The notes under the pieces are model-generated. The model had not been told where the DNA came from, did no database searches, and saw only the letters and a list, made by a program, of their open reading frames with translations. This document shows positions 49,893 through 51,270 of a stretch of 51,270 bases of DNA, piece after piece. The stretch comes from Octopus sinensis (taxonomy: Eukaryota), in NCBI RefSeq assembly GCF_006345805.1, contig NW_021834593.1, forward strand, positions 1 through 51,270, given 5' to 3'. Numbering within the stretch: position 1 is the first letter of the stretch; each line of letters begins with the position of its first letter. Made by a program: the position numbers and the translations under genes.

Positions 49893-50339
49893 GGATCTTT
49901 TCGGTTTGAACGGCAGTTTTTTCTAACGGTGTCATATGAAATTGTCACCCATAATTATGACCCTAGTATCGATCTATTGCATTTCAATTTATTTTAGGGT
50001 TAGGGTTAGTTAGACTTAGGGTTAGGGTTAGGGTTAGGGGTGGGGGGAGGGTATCGTTTTTTTCTTCACAAATGTAAATAAACCCAATCTGTTTCTTAAA
50101 CGAGTGACATATTCATACGGCACATAATGTATTTTTTTACCTCAATGGACGTCATTGCTTGGTTGAAATTGCAGAAATTGAAGAAAAAAACAACAAATAT
50201 CTTACAAACTATAGAATTTTCTCAATAAAGCCAAGAGAAAAAGATGTTTTATAAATACATTCTACCAGTATACGAAGTTAAAAATTTTTTAGTTACCTAG
50301 AAATTATGTTAAAAACTGCCGTTCAAACCGAAAAGATCC
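49893..50339. mobile_element. MITE with GGATCTTTTC termini, 8-bp TSD and internal TTAGGG repeats
   Basis: Perfect TIR GGATCTTTTCGGTTTGAACGGCAGTTTTT; TSD GGAATTTT at 49885-49892 and 50340-50347. Confidence 0.92.
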
Positions 50340-50443
50340 GGAATTTTTTACGTGCAATGGTTTTAACAACCGAGTGGCAACCAAGTAACAAGTTTTACTG
50401 GTCATTAAAGATGCAATAAACTCTTTCATTTTCTCCATATTTA

Positions 50444-50962
50444 CCGTATTTTAGGCGCAGCAGTGGCTGTGTGGTAAGTAGCTTCCTTACCAACCACATG
50501 GTTCCAGGTTCAGTCCTCACTGTGTGGCACGTTGGGCAAGTGTCTTCTACTATAGCCTCGGGCGAACCAAAATCTTGCGAGTGGATCTGGTAGACGGAAA
50601 CTGAAAAAAGCCCTTCGTATATATGTATATGTATATATATATGTGTGTGTGTGTGTTTGTGTGTCTGTGTTTGTGTGTCTGTGTTCCCCCCCCCCGAAAA
50701 AATCGCTTGACAACCGATGCTGGTGTGTTTACGTCCACGTAACTTAGCGGTTTGGCAAAACAGACCGATAGAATAAGTACTAGTTTTACAAGGAATAAGT
50801 CCTGGAGGCGATTTCCTCGGCTAAACGTGGTGCTCCAGCATGGCCGGAGTCAAATGACTAAAACAAGTAAAAGAGTAAAGAAAAATGTATAAGGAACCCC
50901 CTTTTATAAAAATTAGGTTAAAAAATATGGGTTAGGGGTCCCTTATACACGTTAAAATACGG
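50444..50962. mobile_element. Small TA-flanked Tc1/pogo-type MITE with a SINE A (50454-50885) inserted in its left TIR
   Basis: TA|CCGTATTTTA [SINE] TGTATAAGGAACCCC versus GGGGTCCCTTATACACGTTAAAATACGG|TA. Confidence 0.8.
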
Positions 50963-51270
50963 TAGATTGTATATATGTAGCGATACCCATTACTGTTGTG
51001 GCATTTTGTAGTCGACTAGCATTTTTTAGGCTCCAACGTAAATCTGTAATGATTGGTCGTTTGACCTATCAGGTTAGCTAGGAGCATTTGTTTGAGACCT
51101 GCATTTTGATTGATCGAATATTGCGCTGGATATGGATCTCAGATCCAATCATGTTGCGCGTAATAATTTCTAAATAACTAACTTGAACTGTTACTGGGAA
51201 CCTATTTGCGCCTATATATAGTCTTAATAAAAATAATTTTAAAATTACACAGAGAGGTGAAAGAATTCCA

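Noticed and set aside
49994-50040. True telomere or chromosome-fusion scar
   Set aside because: Only six units, in one orientation, inside a TIR/TSD-bounded MITE.

Overview
Eukaryotic, very AT-rich, repeat-saturated non-coding DNA (intergenic or a large intron). Microsatellite load and SINE types strongly suggest an octopus (cephalopod) genome; this is inference from recalled repeat families. I find no supportable host protein-coding gene, and nearly all ORF-track entries are microsatellite or SINE artefacts. Identifiable content: (i) 40+ copies of at least four tRNA-derived SINE groups with swappable tails; (ii) decayed non-LTR retrotransposons: Tx1/L1-like (about 5.0-7.2 kb, plus a probable 3' end at 47.5 kb), R4/Dong-like RLE elements (22.1-24.1 kb, 35.75 kb), two Penelope-like GIY-YIG remnants (20.0-20.65 kb, 25.1-26.25 kb) and faint RTE ends; (iii) DNA transposons: two mariner and one DD37D/maT pseudo-transposase, a Tigger/pogo end, two GGATCTTTTC-ended MITEs with 8-bp TSDs (one carrying TTAGGG repeats), a Helitron-like element and several foldbacks. 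The most interesting signal is a set of minimal hammerhead-ribozyme-like motifs in different small Penelope-associated or (TA)n-embedded elements. They appear to covary at the core 3-8 pair (C-G, U-A, A-U), and one lies downstream of a Pol III B-box, suggesting a Penelope-mobilised ribozyme SINE. All protein motif assignments come from manual translation and memory of family motifs, not database searches; boundaries of decayed elements are approximate.
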